Origin: a virus
Lineage: Duplodnaviria; Caudoviricetes
Strand: one strand, 5' to 3'
IMG/VR virus record: IMGVR_UViG_3300033067_000848
Location: 1-29,202 of that record
DNA length: 29,202 bases
Position 1 is the first letter of the stretch. The number at the start of each line of letters is the position of its first letter. A program made the translations under genes and the position numbers. The notes beneath the pieces are model-generated. The model searched no databases. It saw only the letters and a list, made by a program, of their open reading frames with translations, and was not told the origin of the DNA. Positions 1 through 7,998 of the stretch are shown one piece after another.

Positions 1-1
1 C

Positions 2-298
2 CGAGGTGATCGCGCCGTGACCGTGCGCGCGCCGAAGGGGCGTGTCGCCGGCGAGGCCTTCGCCGAGGAGCTCGTCGCCCTCGGCTCGAGGCGCTTCGCC
101 GAGGCGCTCGCCCCCGACGCCGATCGGGTCTTCGCCGCCCTCGAGCGCGCTGAGAGCTTCGAGGAGCTCGCCGCCGCCGTCGACGCCCTGCACGCGCGCA
201 TGTCGCCGAAGAAGGCGGGGACCGTGCTCGCGAAGTCGGTCATCCTCGCCGAGCTCGCGGGGAAGGCGTCGATCGTCGAGGATCTCGAGAGCGACTAG
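2..298 (+). CDS. C-terminal part of a Mu gp29/DUF935-like portal protein (5' truncated by window edge)
   Basis: Frame open from the window start; AESFEELAAAVDALHARM...LAKSVILAELAG resembles the C-terminal helices of Mu-like portals; lies upstream of MuF. Confidence 0.7.
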   Translation, partial: RGDRAVTVRAPKGRVAGEAFAEELVALGSRRFAEALAPDADRVFAALERAESFEELAAAVDALHARMSPKKAGTVLAKSVILAELAGKASIVEDLESD

Positions 299-324
299 CG
301 CAAGCTCGCGAACGGCGCGAGACT
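296..324 (+). promoter_or_regulatory. Putative promoter TAGCGC-N17-GAGACT, 7 nt before ATG 332 (leaderless-type spacing)
   Basis: Same architecture and 17-nt spacer as the elements at 4086, 11318 and 20423. Confidence 0.4.
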
Positions 325-331
325 CGGGGCC

Positions 332-610
332 ATGAACCGAGAAGACAGCGAGACCTCGAGCGAGACCTTCCACGTGCTGACGAGCCTCGGCGCGGCATTC
401 GTCGTCGGCGACTTCACGGTCGGCGGCTCGAAGATCGCCGCCCCGACACGCGCCGTGCGTTGCGAGAACGACGGGACACTGCGCGTGAAGCGCAAGGACG
501 GGACGAGCGTCGATCTGCCCTTCCGCGGCGGAGAGACCCAAGAGATCAAGGCGAGCGAGATCACTTCGATCCCTTCGGGTACGTGCCTCCCGATCACCCT
601 CTACTGGTAG
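332..610 (+). CDS. Head spike base protein (RcGTA Rcc01079-like), 92 aa
   Basis: TRAVRCENDGTLRVKRKDGTSVDL...SGTCLPITLYW matches the remembered size and beta pattern of the Rcc01079 family; directly precedes a head-spike-fibre-like gene. Confidence 0.6.
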   Translation: MNREDSETSSETFHVLTSLGAAFVVGDFTVGGSKIAAPTRAVRCENDGTLRVKRKDGTSVDLPFRGGETQEIKASEITSIPSGTCLPITLYW

Positions 611-623
611 GAAGGGGCGCGCC

Positions 624-1931
624 ATGCGTCACCGCTACGACCCTTCGTGTTTGTCGTGCGTCCGCGCTCGAGGAGCTCGGCGCCGAGGACACGGCCTGAA
701 GCTTCGGCGTCACGAGGGCCCGCCCGTTATTTGGGAATTCCGCCCCGAGGTCTTCCCGCTGTCGACCTCGAGCAACGCGGCGACCTTGCGCGCCCTGCTC
801 TCGGCGGCGGGCGTCACGCTGACCCGCTCGAGCGCGGCGACCGTGCAGACGTCCGCCTCGACCGTCGTCACGTCGGGAATCGGTGTCGACGATCCTCGCG
901 TTGGAAACGCGGGTTACGGTCCGGGTCTCGTAGTCGAGGAGTCGAGGAGCAACTACGATCCATATGGGCGCGGGGCGTCGTGGGGAGGATCCGCGGGATC
1001 GTTCGCGACGCAGACCTACCCCTACGGGGTTGGACCAGACGGCAACGCCCTGTCGTGGCGTCATCAGGTCGCATCAGGCGGCTTCTCGCGTTACATGTCT
1101 TCGTCGACGAGCCTCCTTGCGGCGCCCTACACGTCTTCGCTTTGGTTGCGTTCTCCCGATGGCGGCGGCGCTCTCGTGAATCAGATCGACTACTGGGATG
1201 TCAGCGGACACCGCGTCGCCGCTCCCACGACGGAAGCATGGGCCCGCTACTCGCACTCGCTTCTCTCGGGCGCAAACAGTAACGGTCTTCTCGCGCCTTC
1301 CGATGGTCGCGACTGGCTTGCAACCGGAGGAATCGCCGCGGGCGCGCGTGACGTGGTTTCGGACATGCATCAGTTCGAAGCAGGGAAGTTCGCGACCGAA
1401 TTCATTCCGACGGGCGGGGGGGCCTCGGCGACTCGAGGTGCCGACTCTCTCTCTCTCGATACCTGGAATCGTCTCGTTCGCGGCGGTCGGATCGCGATGG
1501 AATGGATCTTCATTCCGAAGGCTTCCGCCGCGAACGCTTCAAACAGCATGTGGCTTCTCGGCGATATGGAGGGCAGCGGCGCCTTCAGTCTGTGGGTCGC
1601 GTTCACCGTGGCGAACACGATCTCTTTCAAGTATCGATCGGGCGGCACCCCGACCTCGATCGCCGCCGCCGTTCCGACGTGGAATCCAGGCGACACCGTG
1701 CGAGTCTTCGCCGAATTCGGCAACGGCACGACCTACGCAGCGATCAGTATCAACGGTGGCGCGAAGACCGTGATCGGTCTCGCGGCGACGGTCTTCGACG
1801 CGATCCTTCCGGGCTCGTTCTCGAACCCCAACCCTCGACTGATGAACTATCAGAACACGTCGCACATGAATTGCTGGCTTCAAAGGATCCGCGCCTTCAA
1901 CCCGGGAAGGAGGCCAGCATGGGCAGCGTGA
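624..1931 (+). CDS. Head spike fibre protein (Rcc01080-like domain) with C-terminal LamG/ConA-like domain
   Basis: Motifs LTRSSAAT...PR...GLVVEESRSN and QFEAGKFATEFIPTGGASATRGAD-like are typical of phage head-spike-fibre domains; SD GGAAGGGG upstream. Confidence 0.75.
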   Translation: MRHRYDPSCLSCVRARGARRRGHGLKLRRHEGPPVIWEFRPEVFPLSTSSNAATLRALLSAAGVTLTRSSAATVQTSASTVVTSGIGVDDPRVGNAGYGPGLVVEESRSNYDPYGRGASWGGSAGSFATQTYPYGVGPDGNALSWRHQVASGGFSRYMSSSTSLLAAPYTSSLWLRSPDGGGALVNQIDYWDVSGHRVAAPTTEAWARYSHSLLSGANSNGLLAPSDGRDWLATGGIAAGARDVVSDMHQFEAGKFATEFIPTGGGASATRGADSLSLDTWNRLVRGGRIAMEWIFIPKASAANASNSMWLLGDMEGSGAFSLWVAFTVANTISFKYRSGGTPTSIAAAVPTWNPGDTVRVFAEFGNGTTYAAISINGGAKTVIGLAATVFDAILPGSFSNPNPRLMNYQNTSHMNCWLQRIRAFNPGRRPAWAA

Positions 1932-2479
1932 TGTCGCCTCGAGTCGTCCTCGGGGCTCGCCCCTCGAGCGTGGCGACCGTTCGCCGTGTCGAGGGCGTCG
2001 AGATCGTCGAAGAGCAGATCACGATCCCGAACCTTCCCGCATCGATCGGCGGTCAACCGGTCTGGTCGGAAGTCGTGAAGGTCTCGACGGGCTCGCGCGA
2101 CGCGTTCGAATTCCGTCACCCCGAGCTCGGGCGGCTCGTCACGATTCAGGATGTCGGCCCGAGCTCCTCGGGGCTTCACGTCTTCGTCGCGTGGGTCCCC
2201 GCGCTCGAGCGGGAGGGAAGCAACCCGATCTTCGACGCGCTCGCCCCCGCCCTGATCGCATCGGGCGTGCTCGTCGCGTTCTGGCCGTGCGTCGAGGTCG
2301 ACGGCGCGATCCTCCCCGAGCTCGACGCGTCGCCCGAGGCCGATCTCGTGCGCGCGGCTTGGCCGTCGTCGTGGCGCGTGCGCCTCGCCGGCGACTCCCT
2401 CGGCGATCCGCTCGGCTCCCCGCTGGTCGCGCCCTCGCCGCCGACGGGCCCGATCATGCTCGGCGAGATCATCGCGTGA
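1919..2479 (+). CDS. Hypothetical protein, possibly a fibre assembly chaperone (alternative start 1931)
   Basis: SD GGAAGGAGG before ATG 1919; 3' part of the 1502..2479 ORF; coupled to both neighbours. Confidence 0.6.
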   Translation: MGSVMSPRVVLGARPSSVATVRRVEGVEIVEEQITIPNLPASIGGQPVWSEVVKVSTGSRDAFEFRHPELGRLVTIQDVGPSSSGLHVFVAWVPALEREGSNPIFDALAPALIASGVLVAFWPCVEVDGAILPELDASPEADLVRAAWPSSWRVRLAGDSLGDPLGSPLVAPSPPTGPIMLGEIIA

Positions 2480-3888
2480 AGGTCTCGGCCGATCCTGTCG
2501 ACTTCGCCGAGGCGGTCGCGCACTTCACGCGGCGCGTTCCGATGTTGAAGAGCGACTGGCTCGAGCTCGCGCGCCGCGCGCAGCGACGCGCCTTCACGAT
2601 CGCGGGCGTCGCGCAGCTCGACCTGATCGCGTACGTGCACGAGCAGATCAAGGGGGCGCTGACGAAGGGAACGCCCTTCGAGGACTTCAAGCGCTCGATC
2701 CGTGACGCCCTTCGCGCGGCTTGGACCATGGAAGACGCGCCGAAGGGCGCCCCCGCCGACACGCCCGACGCGCACGCGGCGCGGATCGAGCTGATCTTCC
2801 GCAACGCATGCAACGGCTCTTTCAACTCGGGCCGCTGGCTTCAGGCGAAGCACCCCGAGACGGTGAAGGTCAGGCCGTACTGGCTCTTCGACGGGATCGT
2901 CGACTCGCGGCAGAGTGAGATCTGCGCGGAGTGCGACGGGACGGTTCTCCCCGCTGACGATCCATGGTGGTCGACGCACGTCCCGCCGCTGCATCACAAC
3001 TGTCGATCGGGCTTCGTCACGCTGACCGAGAAGCAGGCGATCCGCGAAGGCGTCTCGAAGGTCCCGCCCGAACAGGAAGCGGCGCCCGGCTTCGGGCTCG
3101 AGCCCTCGAAGTCGGAATGGTCGCCGAAGTGGACGCGCTACCCCTCGAAGAACGAGACGATCGCGAAGAAGGCGATCGCCGCCGCCTCGAGCGCGAAGCC
3201 GATCCCGCCCCCCGTCCCGCTGTCGTCGGGGCCCTTCACGATCGGGAAGCACGTGCTCGAGGTGAAGAAGATCCCCGCCGAGGAGCTCGCCGCGCTGACG
3301 AAGGATCTCGGCCCCTCGACGCTGGCCTACCTCGAAGGCGATCCGCTCGAGGTGCTCGAGCGCTCGAGCTCGAAGATCAAGGCGGCGGGACGGTACCGCG
3401 TGAAGGCTCGCGGGATCGAGCTCTTCTCGAAGGCTCTCGGCGAGAACGCGAAGGCTCACCCGACCGCCTCGAGCGAACCCTACGGGCGCGTCTTCTCGGT
3501 CGCCGACCGCTTCCCCCCCGCCGAGCGAGAGCGGATCACGTTCCTTCACGAGCTCGGGCATCACCTCGGAATCTCGGGCTCCCCGTCATGGCGGAAGAAG
3601 CTCGTCGAGGCGGGGGTCTCGCAACCTTGGCGCGACACGAAGATCGGCGCCGAGGTCGATCTCGCGATCGCTCGCGCGTGGAAGTCGCTCAAGCTGTCTT
3701 GGGCGGGAAGCTTCGACCCGAAGAGGAAGGGGATCCCGTCGATCTCGCGGTACGCCTTCACCACGAAGGATGAGTACTTCGCCGAGAGTTATGCGGCATA
3801 CGTGGTCGATCCCGCCGGTCTGCTCGCGCATGACGAGATCGGTTACGAGCTTGTCGTGAAGGTGCTGAAGCTTCGGGGGATCCTCTGA
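2476..3888 (+). CDS. MuF (Mu gp30/SPP1 gp7-like) minor head protein fused to a C-terminal zincin metallopeptidase domain
   Basis: GTG overlaps upstream TGA; MuF motifs RAFTIAGV, RPYWLFDGIVDSR, DDPWWSTHVPPLHHNCRS; C-terminal FLHELGHH and SRYAFTTKDEYFAESY. Confidence 0.9.
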   Translation: MKVSADPVDFAEAVAHFTRRVPMLKSDWLELARRAQRRAFTIAGVAQLDLIAYVHEQIKGALTKGTPFEDFKRSIRDALRAAWTMEDAPKGAPADTPDAHAARIELIFRNACNGSFNSGRWLQAKHPETVKVRPYWLFDGIVDSRQSEICAECDGTVLPADDPWWSTHVPPLHHNCRSGFVTLTEKQAIREGVSKVPPEQEAAPGFGLEPSKSEWSPKWTRYPSKNETIAKKAIAAASSAKPIPPPVPLSSGPFTIGKHVLEVKKIPAEELAALTKDLGPSTLAYLEGDPLEVLERSSSKIKAAGRYRVKARGIELFSKALGENAKAHPTASSEPYGRVFSVADRFPPAERERITFLHELGHHLGISGSPSWRKKLVEAGVSQPWRDTKIGAEVDLAIARAWKSLKLSWAGSFDPKRKGIPSISRYAFTTKDEYFAESYAAYVVDPAGLLAHDEIGYELVVKVLKLRGIL

Positions 3889-4076
3889 TGACCGACGAAG
3901 AACGGTTCTCGAAGCTCGCCGACCTGATCGAGCGCGCCGACGCGGGCGAGGACTTCGACGCCCTGTATCTAGAGGCGCTCGAGGTGCTCGGCGACACGCT
4001 CGGATGGGCGATCGAGGGGCTGTTGCTGTACGCGCCAGACGATTGGACACCCCCCCGCGCCAAGCCGCGCCCCTGA
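3888..4076 (+). CDS. Small acidic protein (62 aa), candidate immunity protein of the MuF toxin
   Basis: TGATG coupling to the MuF gene; acidic helical sequence; position typical of immunity genes. Confidence 0.55.
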   Translation: MTDEERFSKLADLIERADAGEDFDALYLEALEVLGDTLGWAIEGLLLYAPDDWTPPRAKPRP

Positions 4077-4085
4077 CCCGCCCCC

Positions 4086-4114
4086 TTGCGCGCGCCCTCG
4101 AGCTCGGGGATTCT
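4086..4114 (+). promoter_or_regulatory. Putative promoter TTGCGC-N17-GATTCT upstream of the protease/scaffold gene
   Basis: Intergenic, sigma70-like geometry, shared with three other intergenic sites. Confidence 0.45.
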
Positions 4115-4189
4115 TCCCTCGTTCGCGGCACAAGGTCTTCCTCGACCCCGCCGAGCTCGCGAGCGGACCCACAAGGGGAGATCCGCCCG

Positions 4190-5644
4190 ATGCCTCGCTT
4201 CACTCTCGCCGCCCTCGCCGCCGCCGCCTCGACCTTCGTCCCCCTCGAGCTCGTTCCGCTCGCCGGCGGGAAGAAGCAGGCGACCGCGCCGAGCGAGATC
4301 AGGATCAGCGCGTGGGGGGTGAACGAGACCACGAAGGGCCCGTACGTGCTCGACGAAGAGGGCGCCGCTTCGATCCTCGCCGCCTTCGAGGCCTACGGGA
4401 ACGATCTCGCCCTCGACTTCGAGCATCAGACCCTCGCCGAGAACGTCACGGGGCCCGTCCCCGCCTCGGGATGGATCAAGCAGGGCGACCTCTTCACGCG
4501 GGGCAAGCCCGGCGACGAGAGCGGCGGTCTCTTCGCGCGCGTCACGTGGACTGACGAAGCTCGCGCGATGATCGAGGCGAAGCAGTACCGGTATTTCTCG
4601 CCGACCTTCGTCCTCGAGAAGCTCGAAGACGGCACGCGCCGCGCCGTCGAGCTGATGCCGGTCGCCCTGGTCAACTATCCGGCGACCATCGGGATGGAGC
4701 CCTTGATCGCCGCGAAGGCGGGGAAGGCGGGCGCGTGCGTCGATCGTCGCTCGCTCGATCGGCTCTCGGTCGACGGCGCGCCGAGCTTCGACGAGATCCG
4801 GAACGCGCTCGATCGTGCGCTCGCGATGCTCGAGCAGAAGATCGGCGGATGGGCGTGGACTGTCGAGGTCTTCGACGGCGCCCTGATCTTCTCGGTCGGC
4901 GGGCGGCTCTTCCGCGCGTCGTACCGCATGGAAGCGAACGGGACCGCGGTGATCGAAGGCGAAGCCGTCGAGGTGACCCGCGTCTATCAACCGAACGAAG
5001 GAGACACCGCGATGAAGCTCACCCTGAAGGCTCTCAAGCTCGCCGAGACGACGACCGATGCCGAGCTCGCTCTGCACGTCGGGAAGCAGGCGGACATGAT
5101 CGCCGAGGTGCTGACCCTCACGGGCGCGCCGAACCTCGACGAAGCGCGGGGCGCGCTCGCCGCCCTCGCCCGCAACGCGAAGCGCGCGACCGAGCTCGAG
5201 GCCGAGATCCTCGAGCTGAAGTCGGCGGCGCTCGCCGCCGAGGAGAAGTCGATCCTCGACTCGGCGATCGTCGAGCTGAAGATCACTCCCGCCGAAGGCG
5301 AGGAGCTCGCCGCGCGCCCTGGCGCGAAGACCGAGGCGGGCGTGAAGTGGCTGAAGGGCTTCGTCGCGAAGCTCTCGGCGAAGGCGCCGAACGAGAAGAC
5401 CGGCGAGGGCAAGGCGAAGGCGGCGAAGACCGAGGGCGCCTCGAGCAAGCCGGCGACGAGCGAGAGCGACGCGATCGCCCTGGCTGTGTCGAAGCTCACC
5501 CCGCGGCAGAAGAGGATGGCGAAGGCGGCGGGCGTCACGCTCGAGGCCTTCGCCGCGTCGACGTTGCGGCGCGCTCGCCCCGCCGTCGAGGACGACGAGA
5601 CCGACGAGACCGACGGCGGCGACGACACCGCCGGGAAGGAGTGA
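4190..5644 (+). CDS. Mu gpI-like capsid maturation protease with C-terminal scaffold region
   Basis: LALDFEHQT, PASGWI, VTWTDEARAMIEAKQYRYFSPTF and VALVNYPA are Mu I protease motifs; SD GGGGAG before ATG 4190. Confidence 0.92.
   Translation: MPRFTLAALAAAASTFVPLELVPLAGGKKQATAPSEIRISAWGVNETTKGPYVLDEEGAASILAAFEAYGNDLALDFEHQTLAENVTGPVPASGWIKQGDLFTRGKPGDESGGLFARVTWTDEARAMIEAKQYRYFSPTFVLEKLEDGTRRAVELMPVALVNYPATIGMEPLIAAKAGKAGACVDRRSLDRLSVDGAPSFDEIRNALDRALAMLEQKIGGWAWTVEVFDGALIFSVGGRLFRASYRMEANGTAVIEGEAVEVTRVYQPNEGDTAMKLTLKALKLAETTTDAELALHVGKQADMIAEVLTLTGAPNLDEARGALAALARNAKRATELEAEILELKSAALAAEEKSILDSAIVELKITPAEGEELAARPGAKTEAGVKWLKGFVAKLSAKAPNEKTGEGKAKAAKTEGASSKPATSESDAIALAVSKLTPRQKRMAKAAGVTLEAFAASTLRRARPAVEDDETDETDGGDDTAGKE
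5012..5644 (+). CDS. Internal in-frame scaffold protein (Mu gpZ-like)
   Basis: Strong internal SD GAAGGAG followed by in-frame ATG 5012 (MKLTLKALKL...); Ala/Glu/Lys-rich coiled-coil character. Confidence 0.65.
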   Translation: MKLTLKALKLAETTTDAELALHVGKQADMIAEVLTLTGAPNLDEARGALAALARNAKRATELEAEILELKSAALAAEEKSILDSAIVELKITPAEGEELAARPGAKTEAGVKWLKGFVAKLSAKAPNEKTGEGKAKAAKTEGASSKPATSESDAIALAVSKLTPRQKRMAKAAGVTLEAFAASTLRRARPAVEDDETDETDGGDDTAGKE

Positions 5645-5647
5645 CCG

Positions 5648-6079
5648 ATGGCTGCTGCAACGAAGGCACGCAACGTGAAGCACTACGGCCCCGACAAGGG
5701 GTACATCCACGGGTGCAAGGTGAAGGCGAACGCGGTGATCTACGCCGGTACCATGATCGGCAAGGACGCGACGGGGTACTACGTGCCCGTCACCGCGGCG
5801 ACCGGTCTCTCGGCCGTCGTGGTCGCTCTTCAGGATGCGGACGCGACCGGCAAGGCGAACGGCGCGCTCGAGATCGAAGGCGCGACCGGCATCTATGGGA
5901 TGGAGATCGCGAGCGCGGGCGACGCCCTCGCCCAGACCGACGTCGGCGCGACGGTGTACGGTCTCGACAACCAGACCGCCGCGAAGACGAACGGTAGCTC
6001 GACCCGCTCGGCGATCGGTGTGCTCGCGCGCGTCGAAGGGACGCAGGCCTACATCCAGTTCGGGCTGGGCTCGCTCTGA
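5648..6079 (+). CDS. Capsid cement/decoration protein
   Basis: VKANAVIYAGTM...DVGATVYGLDNQT...RSAIG is typical of the small gene between protease and capsid in Mu-like phages. Confidence 0.75.
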   Translation: MAAATKARNVKHYGPDKGYIHGCKVKANAVIYAGTMIGKDATGYYVPVTAATGLSAVVVALQDADATGKANGALEIEGATGIYGMEIASAGDALAQTDVGATVYGLDNQTAAKTNGSSTRSAIGVLARVEGTQAYIQFGLGSL

Positions 6080-6082
6080 TCC

Positions 6083-6142
6083 TCTCGCGCACGTCGCGCG
6101 GTGACGAAGCGACGGCGCTCTAACCGCGCGACACGCGCGAGA
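6083..6142 (+). promoter_or_regulatory. Long irregular RNA hairpin upstream of the capsid gene
   Basis: TCTCGCGC/GCGCGAGA and GTCGCGCGGT/ACCGCGCGAC inverted repeats. Confidence 0.6.
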
Positions 6143-6159
6143 AAGACGAAGAAGAAGAC

Positions 6160-7107
6160 ATGCCTGGAATCGCAGGAATCAAGCAGGGGACGATCGTCGA
6201 CGACACGCTGTTGCAGGATGCGGCGGTCACGTTCGATGCGTCCTTCGTGACGGCGTACGAGCAGACGAGCGAGGAAGCCGCCGCGCACGAGGCTTTCACC
6301 ATGATGGTGGGCGTGCGCGGGAAGAAGGTCCGCTTCCCGATCGCCGGTCTGCTCCCCGGCTTGCGCAAGTGGGTCGGCGAGCGCATCGCGCACAAGCTGA
6401 ACCGCTACGCGATGGAGGCGGAGGTCGAGACCTTCGAGGACACCGTGGAGGTCGACGTCGACGAGCTCGACGACGATCAGATCGGCGGTTACACCCCCTA
6501 CTTCGCCGAGCTCGGGCGACAGTCGCGGCTGTGGCCGCGCGATCTCGTGACGGCGAAGCTTCTCGCCGGAACGTCGTCGCTCGCCTTCGATGGTCAGTAC
6601 TTCTTCGACACCGACCATCCGGTCGACCCGTCGAACAGTGCCGCGGGCGTCTATTCGAACCTCCTCTCGGGCGGCGGTTCGGCTCTCGCCGAGAGTGGTC
6701 TCGATGCGGCGCGCACGGCTATGAGCCGATTCAAGGGGCCCGATGGTCGCGTGCTGCGCGTGCGCGGCGATACCATCGTCATCCCCCCGCAGCTCGAGCT
6801 CACCGCTCGGAAGCTGCTCGAGGTCGCCAACTACTCCACGGGCGGCGACAACCCCATGAAGGGGATCGCCCGCTATCTCGTGCTCGAGGAGCTCGAGAGC
6901 GAGCCCGCATCGTGGTACCTCGCCGCGACGAAGGGGGCGATGAAGCCGCTCGTCTTCCTTCAGCGTCAGTCGCCCGTCGTGACGGCGCTCGATCGCGCCG
7001 ACTCGCCGAACGTCTTTCACCACAACCGGGCTCAGTACGGGGTCAAGGCGCGCGGCGCCGCGACCTACGGGATGCCCTTCCTGATGATCAAGAACGTCGG
7101 TAGCTGA
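6160..7107 (+). CDS. Mu gpT-like major capsid protein
   Basis: LRKWVGER, FEDTVEVD..ELDDDQIG, FDGQYFFDTDHPV, VIPPQLE, KPLVFLQR and YGVKARG are Mu-like gpT motifs. Confidence 0.95.
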   Translation: MPGIAGIKQGTIVDDTLLQDAAVTFDASFVTAYEQTSEEAAAHEAFTMMVGVRGKKVRFPIAGLLPGLRKWVGERIAHKLNRYAMEAEVETFEDTVEVDVDELDDDQIGGYTPYFAELGRQSRLWPRDLVTAKLLAGTSSLAFDGQYFFDTDHPVDPSNSAAGVYSNLLSGGGSALAESGLDAARTAMSRFKGPDGRVLRVRGDTIVIPPQLELTARKLLEVANYSTGGDNPMKGIARYLVLEELESEPASWYLAATKGAMKPLVFLQRQSPVVTALDRADSPNVFHHNRAQYGVKARGAATYGMPFLMIKNVGS

Positions 7108-7123
7108 TACCGTCGTCGAGAAC

Positions 7124-7164
7124 GCGGGCGAGCCCTCGGGGGTGTCCCTCGGGGGCTCGCTTGC
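7124..7164 (+). promoter_or_regulatory. Long GC-rich hairpin after the capsid gene (no U tract; stabiliser, attenuator or processing site)
   Basis: GCGGGCGAGCCCTCGGGGG-TGT-CCCTCGGGGGCTCGCTTGC pairs over about 19 bp with G-U pairs. Confidence 0.6.
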
Positions 7165-7178
7165 TGAAGGAGATCCAC

Positions 7179-7553
7179 ATGGCGAACGACAAGGTGATCA
7201 CGCTGAAGGTCCGGACGATTCACCCGCAACGCATTCGCGAGGGGTACGTCTTCGGCCGCGAATGGAAGCGCGTCGACGTGACGGCGGCGGTTGCGGCGAA
7301 GCTCGACACCGATCCCGAGCTCGCGGTGACGCCGCTCGATCCGAAGGACGAAGAGATCCCCGCGGCCGCGCACGTCGGTCGCCCGGTCAACCTGACCGAG
7401 CCCGAGAAGCCGAAGCCGGTCAAGTCGCGGCTGCTCGAGGAGCTCGCGCGCGCCGACGCCGAGAAGAAGGCGCCCCCCTCGAAGAACGAGCCCGCGAGCC
7501 CGCCCGAAGGCGGGAAGGGCGGCGGTCAGCGCGGCGACGCGCGCAACACCTGA
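7179..7553 (+). CDS. Mu gp35/HI1506-like protein
   Basis: SD GAAGGAG; RIREGYVFGREWKRVDV...KLDTDPELAV motif; follows the capsid gene. Confidence 0.7.
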   Translation: MANDKVITLKVRTIHPQRIREGYVFGREWKRVDVTAAVAAKLDTDPELAVTPLDPKDEEIPAAAHVGRPVNLTEPEKPKPVKSRLLEELARADAEKKAPPSKNEPASPPEGGKGGGQRGDARNT

Positions 7554-7577
7554 TTCCAAGGAAGGAGCTCGCGCACC

Positions 7578-7985
7578 ATGGCATGGGCAACCCGTGACGA
7601 TCTCGAGGCGATCGCTCTTCCCCCGAAGGCGACCGCGGGGATCCCCGATCTCGTCGTGCTTCGACACCTGTCGATCGCTCGCCGGCGGATCGAGGCCATG
7701 GTGCACGAGCCCTTCGGCGAAGAGCCGCCCGAGGAGCTCGTCGCCGCGCAATGCGAGATCGCCGCGTGGACACTGATCACGGGGTACCGCGGCGCGCGCG
7801 CTGATGATCCGACGGTCGCCGGTCTCCTCGAGCGACACCGGCAGGCCTTCGCATGGCTGAAGGCGAAGCGGGAGGGCTCGATCGGCGAGAGCTCGAGCGA
7901 CACGACCCCGACGATCGACGAAGGCGGGCCCGAGGTCTTCTCGAGCTCCCCGCGCGGATGGGACGACGGCACGGGATACACCTGA
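7578..7985 (+). CDS. Mu gp36/DUF1320-like head-tail adaptor
   Basis: MAWATRDDL N-terminus, CEIAAWTL, QAFAWLK; synteny. Confidence 0.75.
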   Translation: MAWATRDDLEAIALPPKATAGIPDLVVLRHLSIARRRIEAMVHEPFGEEPPEELVAAQCEIAAWTLITGYRGARADDPTVAGLLERHRQAFAWLKAKREGSIGESSSDTTPTIDEGGPEVFSSSPRGWDDGTGYT

Positions 7986-7998
7986 AGAGGCGGCGGCG

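Noticed and set aside
1444-1458. (CT)n microsatellite-like run in the head fibre gene
   Set aside because: Short, in frame, encodes DSLSLD; no evidence of phase variation
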